The notes: a model not told the origin generated them from the sequence alone. Shown: positions 25,141 to 38,963, counted from the stretch's first letter. The stretch is 64,000 bases of DNA from Tubulanus polymorphus (GCF_964204645.1 NC_134031.1:18421910-18485909), one strand, 5' to 3'. Numbers and translations: made by a program.

Positions 25141-27663
25141 TATTTGACAGGACCTAATTCCACTTTGCTGGTGGGAAATGGACGTTTAAAAAAGAATTTT
25201 GTAACTACCGGGTCTTGATATATCTCGGGCTTCAAGTCAATCATGAACTTTTTAACCGGAAATAACATGACAAAACTCGGTCAGTTTTTGTAAATACTCC
25301 ATTGACTGGCGCCCTCTATGTTTGTATGATTCACTAGGGCACTAATTCCAGTTACGCTGGCAAGTGTGTAAAACGTCTACACGCAAGCAGGCGGTAGGTG
25401 CGTGGTCAAGTCGCTTTCTCAAGTCACAAGAGGGAAAGATGAGAACGTGTAATTATAATACGGCAAGGTGTCTGGTCTAGGCTCCATATCGTTGACAGCT
25501 GCGGTAATCTAGTGTCGCCGAAGAACCCTTGTGTCTGTGGAACTGGCTGTTATACAGTCACAGCTGTGAGTGGAGTATTCAACCTCCATACTTACGGTAC
25601 TCACACATCACAGCTGACAATTCAGTTCGTTGACAGAGTTTTTTCTGTTTTTGCTAGCTTCAATCCCATCATCAGTGTCTATACTCAGTATTAATCGGTA
25701 GCGTTGAGACTGCTGTAAATATTTCACCGAGTTGAAAATCAAGGAACTCTATGCTCATCGAGTTGAAGGTGACTGAGTTGAAAATCAAGGAATTTCAGTC
25801 TCCTCCAACTCGGTGAGCATCAGTGAAATTCTCTGAATTGAGCTGAATTGAGCTGACCATCGTCGCGAAGGATGAGTCCACTGAATAGTACATTTTTTGC
25901 GGAACAATCTAGGGATCATACAAAGAATCATCCTTTCCGCGAAACAGATAACTGAATTTCTATCTTATTGCGACATCAAACGTATCGATTTGCCAATAAT
26001 AACAAAGAAACTGCGGCTTCGTTTTTTTATGACGATGAATCAAACGTAATAAGTTGTTGGGTATTTGCTGCCGACTCGACAAAAACCGGCACGACCGAAC
26101 GCGCGCGATCTCGATCTCACAAAGAAACGGAGGCGCTGAAACCAAATCCGAAAGCGTTTTATCATCCGACAAATGATGATCTCATCCTTATAGAAAATAC
26201 TGTTTTAGATCGCGAATCAAATGCCAAGGATGGAAACGATATCATATCGCTTGCATCGAGACGGTCCTTTGGGTTTTTGTTTTAACAGAAAACTTGTGTG
26301 GTATTTTACAACGGATATAACTGGATCAAAGCCGGTTGTAGAACGACGGCCTTTTTTTCTAATGCTCATTTTGATCTTAACATTTTCATCGATTGTTTCA
26401 ACTCAACCAACATCGATAAGACGAGAACTGATTCTAATTTTTCAATAACAAAACAATGACGAATCAATATTCAAAATATCTTTGAACGTTGAACGAATCG
26501 TTAAATAAATTTCATGATAATGAAATCGGTGTATCTTTACTTTCATGTATTCCGAGGTAAACAGGAGTCCGGGGCACGCGATAATCTGAAAGTCTGCTGT
26601 AGTTAATTGATTCAATTCAAATACATTTTTAATCGATACTTACTGCGTTTTATTCGACAGAATAATCTTTTAAAATAATCTTTTCACAGTTTGTTTTATC
26701 GCTGATTTGGGAACGGCAATAAAAGCGGCTGGTGCGCGCGCGCGCGCGACGGGATTTAAAAGGGGGAAAATTAAACCATCGCAGCTTGACGCAGCACGCG
26801 ACGCCCCGAACGGTAAAACACGGAACGGCCACCGCCGCCGCCGCCGCCATCGGTATCTTTACTGCTTTCATTAAAACGAAGTTGATGGAATATTCAGAAG
26901 AATAAAATGACTAATGAACACGCGATGAAGGTGATACATTTGAGGTGTTTTCTTTTTGAAAAGTAACGGTCAATATTTTGTGTATATAACAGCGAAGGTC
27001 GCAATGTGGAATTAGCTCCTGTTTCTGGTTTGCTTAGGCCACGCACATCCCAGGCACGCACACGCGCACGTAAACGAATCCGTTTCACGGCCGACGACTT
27101 TCCTCCAATATCAGATTCTTTTACAAATGTCAACGAGCGACTTTTGAAAAAAAGTGTTTCGATAACTCGAACTTTAAGTCTTAAGTATTTAGTAAATAGT
27201 TTTCTAGTTCATTAGGATCCGGTTTCACAGTTAGCGAGTGAGTAATTGGTCCAGGGTAAAATCATTGGAAAACAGAATTTCAACTCGTTGAGTTCCATCG
27301 AACTCGAACTCAGAATCCAGTCCACAGTTTCTTAGAAAGTATTTGGCTCTATAGTCAAATATTATTGGAAGTGGACTAGGTTTTAGAGTTAAATTCTACT
27401 CAGAACCGGCTCCAGCCTTTGGGGAAGCAAATGAAAGGTTTGAACGGAACAGTCTTATAGGAATGATTGATTCTCAAATAGATTTAATCTCGTCACTTAT
27501 TATTCAGTTTGTCTATATTTTGATTGAGGATTATTTGATCGTGAAACTGCAAGGGCTTTCAATAACTGACTCCCTAACCGTGGGATTCATCATTGAAAAA
27601 CTATGATGTTCCTTAGGTTACTTATTTTCAACTGCTGATTTCAATATATATGAAAGAACCGAA

Positions 27664-27749
27664 GATCCGATTCCACGGTTGTGAATTTGAGTTAATTCCC
27701 AGTTAAAATCAGTTCATTTTCAACGACTCAGAATTTGTGGACCTGCATC
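27664..27749. mobile_element. MITE family A copy (diverged)
   Basis: GATCCGATTCCACGGTTGTGAATTTGAGTTAA ... TGTGGACCTGCATC|CAG; no left target duplication. Confidence 0.65.
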
Positions 27750-28687
27750 CAGAATTTTTCACGCTGTTATTTGCGTTGATAAGTGCATGAAATGAGCAAT
27801 GATTATATATGTATATATACATAATATGGCAGGTAGATTTTACACGGTGCAGGTTGTAGCATTTCGCTATTAAATTCAATATCATTCACACCTTTAAAAC
27901 AGAGCTGATATTGTCAGACCAACACTCGCTTACTTACTCAGTCAGACAGTCAGTCAGTCATGTACACATGTTTTAACTATCATCATTTTATGTCATTTTG
28001 TCAATAAAGACACGAGCACACACAGTATTATTATTGCGAGTAAACAACTGATATTTTACACCGAAATGGATACAAGAAATTAAGAGATCGCATTTCTGAA
28101 GGCAGCGCCTCGTATAAATATGGGTGGGTCTAGGAAAATATGATGGGTGATCATTCACCCGTAAACTGTATCGGTGTAACCCAATTGCTCGTAAGTTTGT
28201 TCACGCGTAAATATCACAGGTGTTTTTTGAAAACGGTTTGGGAGGAGGAATGGCCCATGAACCGGCGATGTGCTAGTGACGCGACGTGCGAAGACTCGCA
28301 TATATTCCTTTATGTCGAAACAAGCAAAGACGTAAAAAAAATTGCATTTTATGAATTGTCGAAATTACATGTAAGTTGTTACAAAAGGCTGAAATTTCGA
28401 GGTTTCATGGTTATTGATATGAAATGCTGAGCGATTTACAGAGGCTTCACATTTTATGATGAAATTATTTCAGAGAACAAAAATTTTATGACAAAACGAG
28501 GCTTTCGACTGAGTGTGGGGATAGCAGCTGAACCCACACAGCGATGTAACCGGATCCCGCGAGTAAACTGTATAAAAAGTCATAACAAAACCTCTGTTAA
28601 TTTGTGTTTGCGTCACCTGATTCCTGTGAACCGGAGTCGAGTTAGACAATACGAAGGAATGGATTCGGTTCCATTGACACCACACAT

Positions 28688-28925
28688 GGACCTGGTTTTA
28701 TGGACTAGTATTAACTTCAGGGCACGCAGGGCGTAACCTAATTCACCGTCAATTGAGCTGACTTCGGACTGACCTGGAGGGACTCAATTAAATTCTATAT
28801 ATGACTTCTATATTCTAGATTCCATCACGGAGGTGGTAGTACCTCCTTGATATCATATTCCAAACTCAAAACGAATTGAGTAAACCCCTCGGGTTAACGA
28901 TAATGCAAGTCTATTAAACCAACCT
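28688..28925. mobile_element. MITE family C copy (diverged)
   Basis: Termini GGACCTGGTTTTATGGACTAGTATTAACTTCAG and AGTCTATTAAACCAACC match the element at 34825-34929. Confidence 0.6.
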
Positions 28926-30767
28926 CAAAACTACTGGTCACTGGAAGGACAAACGCCTTGCTTACAATTCAATTTCGATTGTCACATTGTCATTTCATCA
29001 TTTCACCAATTAACTTTAAATCAACCTATGAGCAACTACAGTCCGTGAATCAGAAATCATACGGCTAACGCAGAAACACCTGCTGTCGGATTTTGTGATC
29101 ACTTTTTTGCACCGCATAACCCGCGAGTAAAATATTTCACTGCCGGTGACATTTCTATGAACCTTAGACGCTTGGTTTAAAAATCATTTTAGTAATCCGC
29201 TTAAAATGTGTATGGTAATAATCCGCATTGTATTGCAATCATTTTAGTCGATTTTACCATAAAACAAAAATAGTTCTATCAATTGTTTTCAGGACCTAAA
29301 AGTAGTCGCTGAAATCAACTAGTTGTTTGCATAGCGTGCGGAAAAAAATACTTAAATTTTCTTCTAAATCAATTTAAGATTTTGTTTGTGGCCCGATTAA
29401 GCCACCGTTATGAACGCCATGAAAGTTTTATGAAAAAAAACTTACGTAAACGAAGTAGGTGCTGGGTTCGAATCCGCGCGCGGCTAATTTAGATTTCTAA
29501 CGGCTTATCGATGTATATGGATCGTTTTATCCCGTTTGATATTAGTGCTGGTAATCCCCCGTTAGCGCGATCAGGGAGGTGCGATCATCGACTGACTCGC
29601 GGAGCAACTATTCGCTTTCAGCTCGCTCTACCATCTGGACACCTAGACGCACGCACGCGCGCGAGTCGAGATGACAACAGCTCTACAGGAATCACTAGTA
29701 ACAGTAGCGCGAATTTCTGAAACCCCCGAGCGGTCGGGGGTAAATATCAGGCAATTTATGTATAAACAATACGTTGCTATTAGGTTGATCAGATTTTGCG
29801 AAATATCACATATGATATATGTATGAGTTCAGCAGCCTGAGGCGCGATATGAATATTCTGCAAATACGAATCGAGTATTATCTCTTTTATTGATGTATTT
29901 CATTAAGTAACCAGTTCGAATTGAATCCAATATTGGTTTCCATAAACAAGTGACTGTATAAATAATGATATAATCCGACGAAAGAACGAAACCCAATATC
30001 GCGAAGAGAACTTGATTCTATGCCAAATGGCTCATAGAATTGAGTATAAACGTCACTAAACTCTTTTTTCGTTTTGAAACTGGAGCATAATCGGGTTGAA
30101 ACATCTCTATTCTCTTGGTTTTATAAATGGCTGATAGAATTGAGTCTAAAACGTATCTAATCTCTTAGTTTTCCTCATAATTGTGGTTTTTCTCCTCAAT
30201 CGTATCCAATCAGTTTGTCAGATACAAGTCTAAATCATGTCAATTAGGAGACCGCCCATCTCTTTCCGTTCGTGAATGAATGACGAAATTGTTTTCGATA
30301 AAATTCGCTTCGATCGTCAAATTTGAACAGAAAATTTGCTTAGTTAACGAGAGATTCTAACGCGTCGGAAAATCGTGCTAACTATCACCTGCCGGTATAA
30401 CCCGATAAAGGCCGATGTTTACCGATGTTTACCGAAGTCGATTCGAAATGCAATTTAATTGGTGCGCGGTAAACAAATTGTCAACGTCGAATCAATACGG
30501 TCTGTTGCCGATAAACACAAACCGTTTGACCCCTAAACAAACATGGGTTACGAACTCTCCATTGACTTAGCGTAATGCGTTTGAATTATTGGTTCCGAGT
30601 CAAAATCAAACCCACATGACATTTGGTTCCCAAACGAGTGAGGCCAACGAAATCGTCAATAGATAAAATGTGATTATATGATTAAAATCTAAATGTCCGT
30701 CGATTTATTGTTTATGATTCAATTTCAAAATATTGAAATTCATTCTATTCTGATCAAATCGTTTTTT

Positions 30768-31052
30768 CTTAAGGCCAGTCTAAGCTCATTTCGGTTCTAA
30801 AGCCAATCTATCAACTTAAAACCAATCTAAGCTCATTTTGGTTCTATAATCGATCCAACAAATCGAGCCCAATCTAAGCTCACTTTGGTTCTAGTCAATC
30901 TAACAACTTAAGACCATCTAAGCTCATGTTGGTTCTATAACGAATCAAATAACTTAAGACCAGGCCAAGCTTATGTTTATGGTTCCATAACCGATGTGAT
31001 CTAAGAGAGGTCTTAGGATTCGAGAACAGTTTTGGACTGCGCAACTGGGCCC
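30768..31052 (+). mobile_element. MITE family B copy with about five internal ~45-bp subrepeats
   Basis: CTAAGCTCATTTYGGTTCTA.A.CCAATCTAACAACTTAAGACCA repeated in tandem; ends in GACTGCGCAACTGGGCCC. Confidence 0.82.
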
Positions 31053-31391
31053 AAACATCAATCATAGCTATGATAGTTCCCAACAAGCCATAGCGATACA
31101 CATAGTGTAACTTAAACTTGAAAAATCGTTCATCTCGAGTGAACTCCCGAGACATGTTTCCGATATGAACGTTCATTAAAGCTGATATCAATACACGAAT
31201 TTATTACATAAAGAATTCTCATCTCAAGGATACCTAGCCTATTATACATCAGACAACAAGGATACCTAGCTCAGATGATATTTTCCAATATGAAATATTG
31301 AGGGGGTCGGGTAGGACGAGAGGTGTGGAAAATGCTGATTTAATATTCTACAGAAAGAAAGTTGCTTAAATCAGTTACAACCATATCATAG

Positions 31392-31523
31392 AAGAGAGAT
31401 GGGAGAGGAGAGAGAAAAGAGGGGAGAGGAGAAAGAAGAGAGGGGAGAGGGGCTAGGGGAGAGGGGAGAGGGAGAGGGGAGAGAAGAGGCGGGAGAGGGG
31501 AGAGGGGAGAGAAGAGAGAAAGA
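31392..31523 (+). repeat. AG/GGGGA-rich purine tract
   Basis: Low-complexity purine run. Confidence 0.9.
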
Positions 31524-31789
31524 GTCAGTTAGAAAAAAGTGAACCTATCCCCGAGACCTCAAACACCACTACTATCCAATATATGCGTGTTGAAGTGTCC
31601 GTTTCATCAATCTTTTCATCGACGAGACGAAGATTGCAGAAATGACATTTCATAATGTGGATGGCGTGTTTAGGGTTGACATGGAATGATCAGACGTATC
31701 GCGACAGCGGATCCTAATAAACTTCTCTTATCACTTCGTTATCGTATGCCTGTAATATCGAGTGCGTCGGGTTTTTTTTTTGTTAACCG

Positions 31790-31848
31790 GACTCAAGTTT
31801 CACAGTTGTGAGTTGAGTTATTCCACTGATAACCCGTGGAACTGGATA
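31790..31848. mobile_element. MITE family A copy (59 bp) with CCG target-site duplication
   Basis: CCG|GACTCAAGTTTCACAGTTGTGAGTTGAGTTA...CCGTGGAACTGGATA|CCG. Confidence 0.78.
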
Positions 31849-32691
31849 CCGCACATTTCTCTCATGAAATTGTTGTTAGTTAATCAAAATCTGAATCCGT
31901 GTGTAATTTAAGGTGTCGGTTTTAGTAAACGTAAGAACCGCTATTGTATAAGAGCAGAGTGAACGCAAGATTTTGTTATAAGAAATAATCTAAAAGTTTC
32001 AGTTAAACAACACCAGGCTCCTGACTTAATTGAACTCTAGTTGTTCTGCAGCCATGTACGTTTATCACGTGACTTACGCTAATATTGATTGAGTCACAAA
32101 TTACTAGACAACTCACGAAATTAACGCGAACGGTGTCTATTGTGTGACCTTGACACAGACCGAACTAGATATATGTATTCATATATAATCAACTTCCGGA
32201 AGATGATATTGCTATGTTTTCCACGAGCGGGTTAGCCGCTGGCGCCGATGTTCAAGTCCGCATAAGCGGTCGCTAGATTTTCAGGTGAACACACCGCGTG
32301 CGCAAATTAGCGACCGCTTCGCTGACTATGCAAGTAGTATCAACTTTCAACTTTTTTGATCCCTTTGGTCGCAGTTGAGGATAGGATGTTGTCGATGACG
32401 CTCCATTGCGGCTTGATTATCCGCTTCGTTTCAATCGATCGAATGACGTCACGATATCTCGGAGAGTTTTAGCAGGTGAAATATCATTGTTCAGCTGACA
32501 CGAGGGAGATATCGAAATATCAAAAATTGCACCATCATCGAATTCATTTAATTGAAAACTTATTTCTAGAAAAGGTCAAAGGTTATCTTCATAAAAACAA
32601 ATCATCAATACGTATGTCTCTCCACGCTAACGAAAAGTCAATTTCAGAGCGCTATTGAGATGCATGGACCGGACTAAACCGTGTCTTCGTA

Positions 32692-33085
32692 TAAGGGTAG
32701 TTTTCAGTTACCAGGCGCCATTTTGAGGCGTCCCGCTGTTGGACCGATTTTAACATTTTTCACACTAAAGCTTTTGGCGCGATTTATTTTCACCTATTTA
32801 ACACAATAATTGAAGTAATGTATCGTTGAAAAGGTGACAATTTCTATGTATCTGATGGTGTTTATTCATTTTTCTCGACAACAAAACAGTTGCTTTTAAA
32901 CAAGAAAACTAACTTGAAAGTTTATTGACGCTTTGAAAAATAACACTTTATTGCTTGATATTTTCGACAGTAGGTAAAATGATATAAATCAATATAAAGT
33001 GGATTTGTATATAGATAACTAAATTGAACGGCAACCAGTCTAGCTCCGATATATCGATGACGTAGTGCGCATCCTCTAAAAAATT
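32692..33085 (+). mobile_element. Interspersed repeat family D fragment, possibly including its left end
   Basis: 32895-33085 is clearly homologous to the other D copies. The extension left to TAAGGGTAG at 32692 is inferred only. Confidence 0.7.
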
Positions 33086-33568
33086 AGTAATGTTGTGTCA
33101 TTAGCTGCAGTACATGACTGTTTGATTATTTGAAATCGTGTCTGTGCAATCCTAGATCCTCGCAACGTTTTAATGGCCGTTTAATTGTAGCCTAGTCCTG
33201 AATCAATCTAATACTTATCCCGCGCATCTCGACCAGTCTGGTGATAACGTCCTGTAATTCATGTAAGTGACTGGAAGAGCCACTTTTTCTTCTGGAGAAA
33301 CTGAATGATATTCAATGCGCGCAAGGGAATCGCGCTCTCCTCTCCCGTCGTGGAATCCTGAGCGGTTTAATATTCTGAATATCTTCCGATATGAGACAGA
33401 GGTTTAACTCCAGTTACTTAAAGAGGACTTATGTTTTTATACCGAGAAACAGTTTTATGTGATTCTCCTGTATTGCTTTTGACATCAAAATGTCAAATAC
33501 AGCTACCAACCAACCACATGAAACCCTGTCAGATCTTCCCACTGACTAGAACAAAAATGTAGACTTTC

Positions 33569-33652
33569 GGGCCCAGTTCTACAGTTGTGTGGGGGTTTAA
33601 TTTGACTCTGGATCCAGTTCCACGTGGGTTTAATCTGACTTTGAACTCGGTG
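33569..33652 (+). repeat. Short array of MITE-A terminus motif
   Basis: GGGCCCAGTTCTACAGTTGTGTGGGGGTTTAATTTGACTCTGGATCCAGTTCCAC; same unit type as the 39.4 and 51.4 kb arrays. Confidence 0.8.
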
Positions 33653-34154
33653 ACTGGAATATAGACCGGACGTGGGAGCATGTTTTCTACCGGACGCCGG
33701 AGCCGAGATTAATACCCTGGCGGGTTTTCAGATCAGCGTGCTCGCCCGAGAGGCCAGCGATATAAAAACCACAATAAAGCAATCATTTGCAGGGTGTTCA
33801 GATGCGTTTGTTTCCCGCTGATATCTGACCGTAAATCAGGACACAAGTAAATCAGATTGCGTCCTAAATCGTCACTCAGATAACATCACCGTACTAACTA
33901 CCGATTTCGCACGTCCAATAAAAGAGTAACCTTTTCCGGCGAAGAATCTACAACGGCCCTTCTCGCTGCGTCGAGAAATATCATAAGGGAAATTTCTGAC
34001 CGGGAAATCAGTTTTATGAGGTCATAAAAGAAAGCGAAATTATATCTAATATCTGGGAGCGAATGGGGCTATAAAGTGTCCGGTTCTTCAATGCTAAGGA
34101 TGGAATTATGCCGTAAAGAATAAATGAAAAGTAACGACATAATTTGCTCTTGTA

Positions 34155-34427
34155 GAGAGAGAGAGGAGGGAGGGAGAGAGGGAGAGAGATAGGGGAACGA
34201 GGAGAGGGATAGAAAAAGGAAGGAGGGGATAGCGACAGGGAGAGAAGAGAGAGCGAGAGAGGAGAGGGGCGAGACGGATATCTCGAGAGATGCGAAGGGA
34301 GAGAGGGGAGGGGAGAGACGTATAGAGATCGAGAGAGGCGTAGGGGAGGGGGGAACAAAGAACGGGGGGAGCGAGGGAGAGGAGAAGGAGAGGCCAGAGA
34401 TCGAGAGGAGAGAGAGAGAGAGAGAGA
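34155..34427 (+). repeat. Degenerate AG-rich purine tract
   Basis: Low-complexity purine run. Confidence 0.9.
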
Positions 34428-34824
34428 TTGCTGTTGGTGTTTACCACTCATATCAATCATCTATTTAACGAAGATGACAGATTATCACTCGCTAACGAAC
34501 GTGTCAATATATATCACAGTATCTTAATATTGATTAATTAGTGCAAACTCGCTTACCGCAGTAAGACGTTGAGGGCTGGGATATGCGTCATCCTCTCAAC
34601 CTCAATTATATAATGGTTATGTACTATCTGAACGGTGAAAAGATTTTCCGAGTAATGTTCCTGAAAACCATGCTTTTTCTTAATGGACTTATGAATTGAA
34701 GGAACCTAGGATTAAGAATTAAACTACGGGCACTGCTGTAAGGCTTATAATAAGCGGCTTAATACTTAAGGCGGGTTAGATTGTTGATAAACAATAGCAA
34801 GACAGCACCCGTTGAATCTTTAAA

Positions 34825-34929
34825 GGCGCTGGTTTTTGGACTGGTATATCAACCGGGGGATTAACTCAATTAAAAATGAATTGAATTAACCCCCCGGGCT
34901 GAAGTTGATACCAGTCTATAAAACCGACC
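34825..34929. mobile_element. MITE family C copy, nearly fully palindromic
   Basis: GGTTTTTGGACTGGTAT.TCAAC-CGGGGGATTAACTCAATT / AATTGAATTAACCCCCCGG-GTTGATACCAGTCTATAAAACC. Confidence 0.78.
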
Positions 34930-36424
34930 ATAGGGTTATAATATTTTTAGATTATAAATTCAACTTCAGATCGACCAAGTCTCACAGTTCCTCGTCACAA
35001 GACGCGACGACAAAAACTTTCTCGACGGGTGTTCGTGTTTATCAGTATCTTCCAATCAGTCACTTAAAAAGTGCGGAGGGAGTGATTTGTATTTCATGCA
35101 CACTAAGTAAAACAAAACGCACCGAATACACGAGTAAATAATAACCACATCACACGTCCTTTCAAAGCTGCATTCAGATCTCTCTCTTGCCTGAAAGAAC
35201 TAATTGTAAAAAACGGTAAGATGATCACAATGCATTAAGCGCAGAGGAACAGACATGACAATCCGGGTGTTCTATTTCAATAAAAGCTCTCTTACTGGCG
35301 ACGCGTTTTACGCCAATATAATCAATTTTTTGTTGAAATTCTATCGCTCGGAAACGAGTGTCGTCTGTTTCATAACGGTCACGTGGTTGTTTTCGTTACG
35401 GTTGAGATCATTCTAGAAATCGAACGTGAACAGAAACAGGGTATGAAAGACGGATTCGAAAGTCGAGACGCCTTTCTTGCGGATTTATGCATCATAAACT
35501 AAAAGCCGACATCCCGACCAAAATCCAAGACACACTTGAGGTCGGATATGGTTGATTTTGAAGAGTTGAAAATCTTAGCTACATATCTGACTCTGGAATT
35601 TTACCAAGAACCTTAGTGTGTGATGTACAATTCAATTCAATTCAATTAATGTTTATTGTCTTTTAAATCAATATTACATGACCATAAGTGACAAGAATAT
35701 TAACAAGATGAGGAAGAAAATAGAATATATATATATATATATACATAACTGTTATAACAAAACTTCTAATAGCATTTATATTTACAAATTCCACATGTAT
35801 AAGAGGTAAAAGGTAATTAATACAATAGATGATCGATGGAATTATAATGTCGCCTTGATGAAACCCGCATAGCAAAAACGACCTAGGTCTTTAGCTACTG
35901 TTGGTTACACTAGGATCGTAGAGCGACGGGGACCACTGGTGGAGACAACCGCTGCCAGTGCTGGGTGAATCTAGAACCAGAACTGTGGGACCAGTTCCAC
36001 TGTTCCACAGTTGTGAGTTAAGATTTGACTCGGACCTAAAATGAACTGATTTTAACTCTGAAAGATTTAGAATTAAAACGATTTAGATACAGTCCAATCC
36101 CAACTGACAATTTTAAAAAGTTCGGTTTCACAGGATGACGTAACATGATTAAACTTTCGGATTAGTATTCGAGGAGTGGAGTCGACTCGAGTCCCGCGCG
36201 GGGTTGGATTAAACTTCAGATCGAACTCTTTCGTATCCGGAATCACGTTTTTCTGCCTCAGAAATGTCATCGTTTATTGAGCTTCAACGAACGCATGTAT
36301 TACGGGAGAGTGAGTGCGATCTTCTGCGAGAAATATGAAAGACGACACGAGGTCACACGAAGAGAATAATCTAATTTCGCTCACGAGTCGCTGATTCGGA
36401 ATAAAAACGAGCAGGGCATATACA

Positions 36425-36538
36425 AGGAAAGAGGGGAGAGAAACGGGGAGAGGGGGTGAGAGAGGGGCGAGAAAAAAGAGAAAGAAGAGGTGAGAAAGAG
36501 AGGTGAGAGAGAGGTGAGAGAGGAGTGAGAGGGAGAGC
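36425..36538 (+). repeat. AG-rich purine tract
   Basis: Low-complexity purine run. Confidence 0.85.
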
Positions 36539-37189
36539 CGTTTAAGCCGCTGTAGGCCCAAAGACGGAAACCTGTTTGACGATTTAAGCGCCATTAGCGG
36601 TGAATATTTGAATAAAAACCGGCCGCAAAAACAAACTGAAAATGTATCCGTACTCGTTACGAGGGCTAATCACGGATACATAAAACCGTGACTGGTTTAC
36701 AGATCGAAAAACACATTTCCGTCACCGATCTACCCGCGCGCATGCGCAATGAACATGTTTTTCTCCCCGAGCGGTTATGCAACCTGACTGCGCGCGCACG
36801 AAGCTAATTTGCATACGACTGGAGAGGATGTTTAGTGACAGGTGTCATGTCGCACGTGGAATGTCAAAGGACCCCGCGTTTCCTTCATTTACTGAATGAA
36901 TATGCAAACTTGGCAACTACGGTTGGATTTGTCACGAACGGAAGTTCCGTCGCGGAATGGGTTCTAGCACGAACTAGTCAATTAAACATTCTACTATTAC
37001 GAGCTACCAAGACGACGTTTTTTTCTAGAAGATCATTTCATCTTTTGCTCGACGAACGGAGTAAAAACATTTCCTTAATTGCTCCGCAGAGTCATCGCTC
37101 AAAAGCTCATCTGTAGTGACTTTAGAACATTCATGATTAACATTGACGTCGCGTGCTACGTGTATTCCACAAGATCGCCATTCCTCCGG

Positions 37190-37400
37190 CCTCTCCTCTC
37201 TCTCTCTCTCCTCTCTCCCTCTCCCTCTCCCTCTTCGTTCACTGTCATTTCTCTCCTCTCACTCTCATCTCACTACCCTCCTCTCTCCTCTCCTCTTTTC
37301 CCTTTCCCTCCACTCTTAACTATCTCTCTTCTTTCACTCTCCTCTCTTCCCCCAATCGCCACCAGTATTATGATTATTTAACCGATTCAGTGGTCCCAGT

Positions 37401-37444
<44 letters not shown>

Positions 37445-37466
37445 TCTCTCTCGTCCTCCTCTCCCC
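37190..37466 (-). repeat. (CT)n microsatellite and pyrimidine tract
   Basis: CT-rich 37190-37350 and near-perfect (CT)n 37403-37452. Confidence 0.92.
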
Positions 37467-38963
37467 ATCGCCGCAATGCTCTTATGTCAACTTAACCCAT
37501 GCAGAGGTCCAGCAATGTCAACTTCATTCAGTCGCTTATACAACCATTAAGCACTTGAAAATGTATTTCAATCACGATACACGGACGAATAAACAGGGAA
37601 TTCTTCATTCTTCTTCGATTCTCTTTCCCGAGAGACATGACCCCTAGAGTACCTACCACAATCCCTCTGAGTGACCGTTTCCTTCCATCGATTTTTCCGT
37701 TTTTCATCCCAAGCGCCGAGCAGAGTAATGCGACTTGATTTCAATGTGAAACGGATCGATTTGACTTAATCAATCAGAACTAATTAAGACCCTTGGATGA
37801 TTACGTGTAGTAATAGCGTATACGTCATCTTCTTGTCTTCCCTTCAAGAACAATTAGCCACATGATGTATGTACGGCTCATTATAAACTCTCTTCGCAAA
37901 ATTGACCTCGACATTGTGTGCGCAGACCAACGATCGAAAATTGTCAGAGGAAATTTCGTTAATTTCGGATGCGATTCTGGCCGCAGGTTCCACCGCACAT
38001 ATCATAGCCAATTATTCGGCTTAATGAAATCTGGACGCATTTTGCCGATATTGCTGAACAGACACTGACTGACCCGGTCATAGACCTAAATATTCAATCT
38101 CTTCCGTTCACGCGTCATCTCCTAAAATCGATCCATCGTTTTGTATTCAAGAGAAAGCGACCAGATTTCAGTGACTTAACATTATCGAGAACAATAAGAA
38201 CCGAGTTTAATGACGAAACGTAGTTTTTACACGGTAAAAAGCCGACCGAAGTCTTTAGCCATGGACTGAAAAACAATTCGAGTCCATGCTTAGAATCAAC
38301 CAGTGGATAGTTGACATAGACACTTTCGTCCCCTGCCGGTCGGCTTAAGTCAAGCAAATTCAATTTGATTGTCTTAGCGTCGTATCCCGTTGTCGATACG
38401 ACCAGATCAATGACACGTCAAAAACATCACATCAACTTCTTTTTTACATCGATGTAATTATCTTGACGATCATTACGGAACGCAGTACCCCGTGGACTGG
38501 AAGCTGGACGCGGCCATAATTTAACGTACAAGTCCCATTTTTTTTCTGGAATCTAGAACTGTCTGTAACACGCACCGCACTCATTCGGTATAATTAGTTT
38601 TCTTTTTCAGGTCGGACGAGCTAAACAAATCAAATACGACTTAATCCGGTGAGCGACGTTACTTCCACGCCGTCAAATTCACTTCTGCTTCTGATCGAGT
38701 TCTTTAGGCAATTTTCATCCCAATTCGCCGGTGTTTGTCACTGCTACTGAGCGAGTTACGATTTTTGACACTGCGCCATTCGACGCCGGATGCAAATTTC
38801 GATGATGATAAAAATATTCCAAACACAATACACCGTCTAGCGCACCGGGGATGAGTTTGATGGGGTTTGATGATAACCGTCCAATCAGTGGCAAGTAGAT
38901 ATTGGCGTCAGGGGACTCAGAGCGGTCGCAGAATATACAAGTGTATATCATGTAAGTAACAAG

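Noticed and set aside
25968-26285. Non-repetitive ORFs such as 25968-26285, 17077-17631, 43157-43414, 55389-55682 and 60381-60860
   Set aside because: No recognisable domain, mostly non-ATG starts, no convincing flanking splice sites; lengths are compatible with chance.
29455-29490. tRNA B-box GGTTCGAATCC (also minus strand ~24452; A-box-like at ~36947 and ~61915)
   Set aside because: No cloverleaf and no correctly spaced A and B box pair; at most SINE debris.
32312-32333. miR-153-like TTGCATAGTCA on the minus strand
   Set aside because: Several mismatches downstream and no upstream complementary arm.
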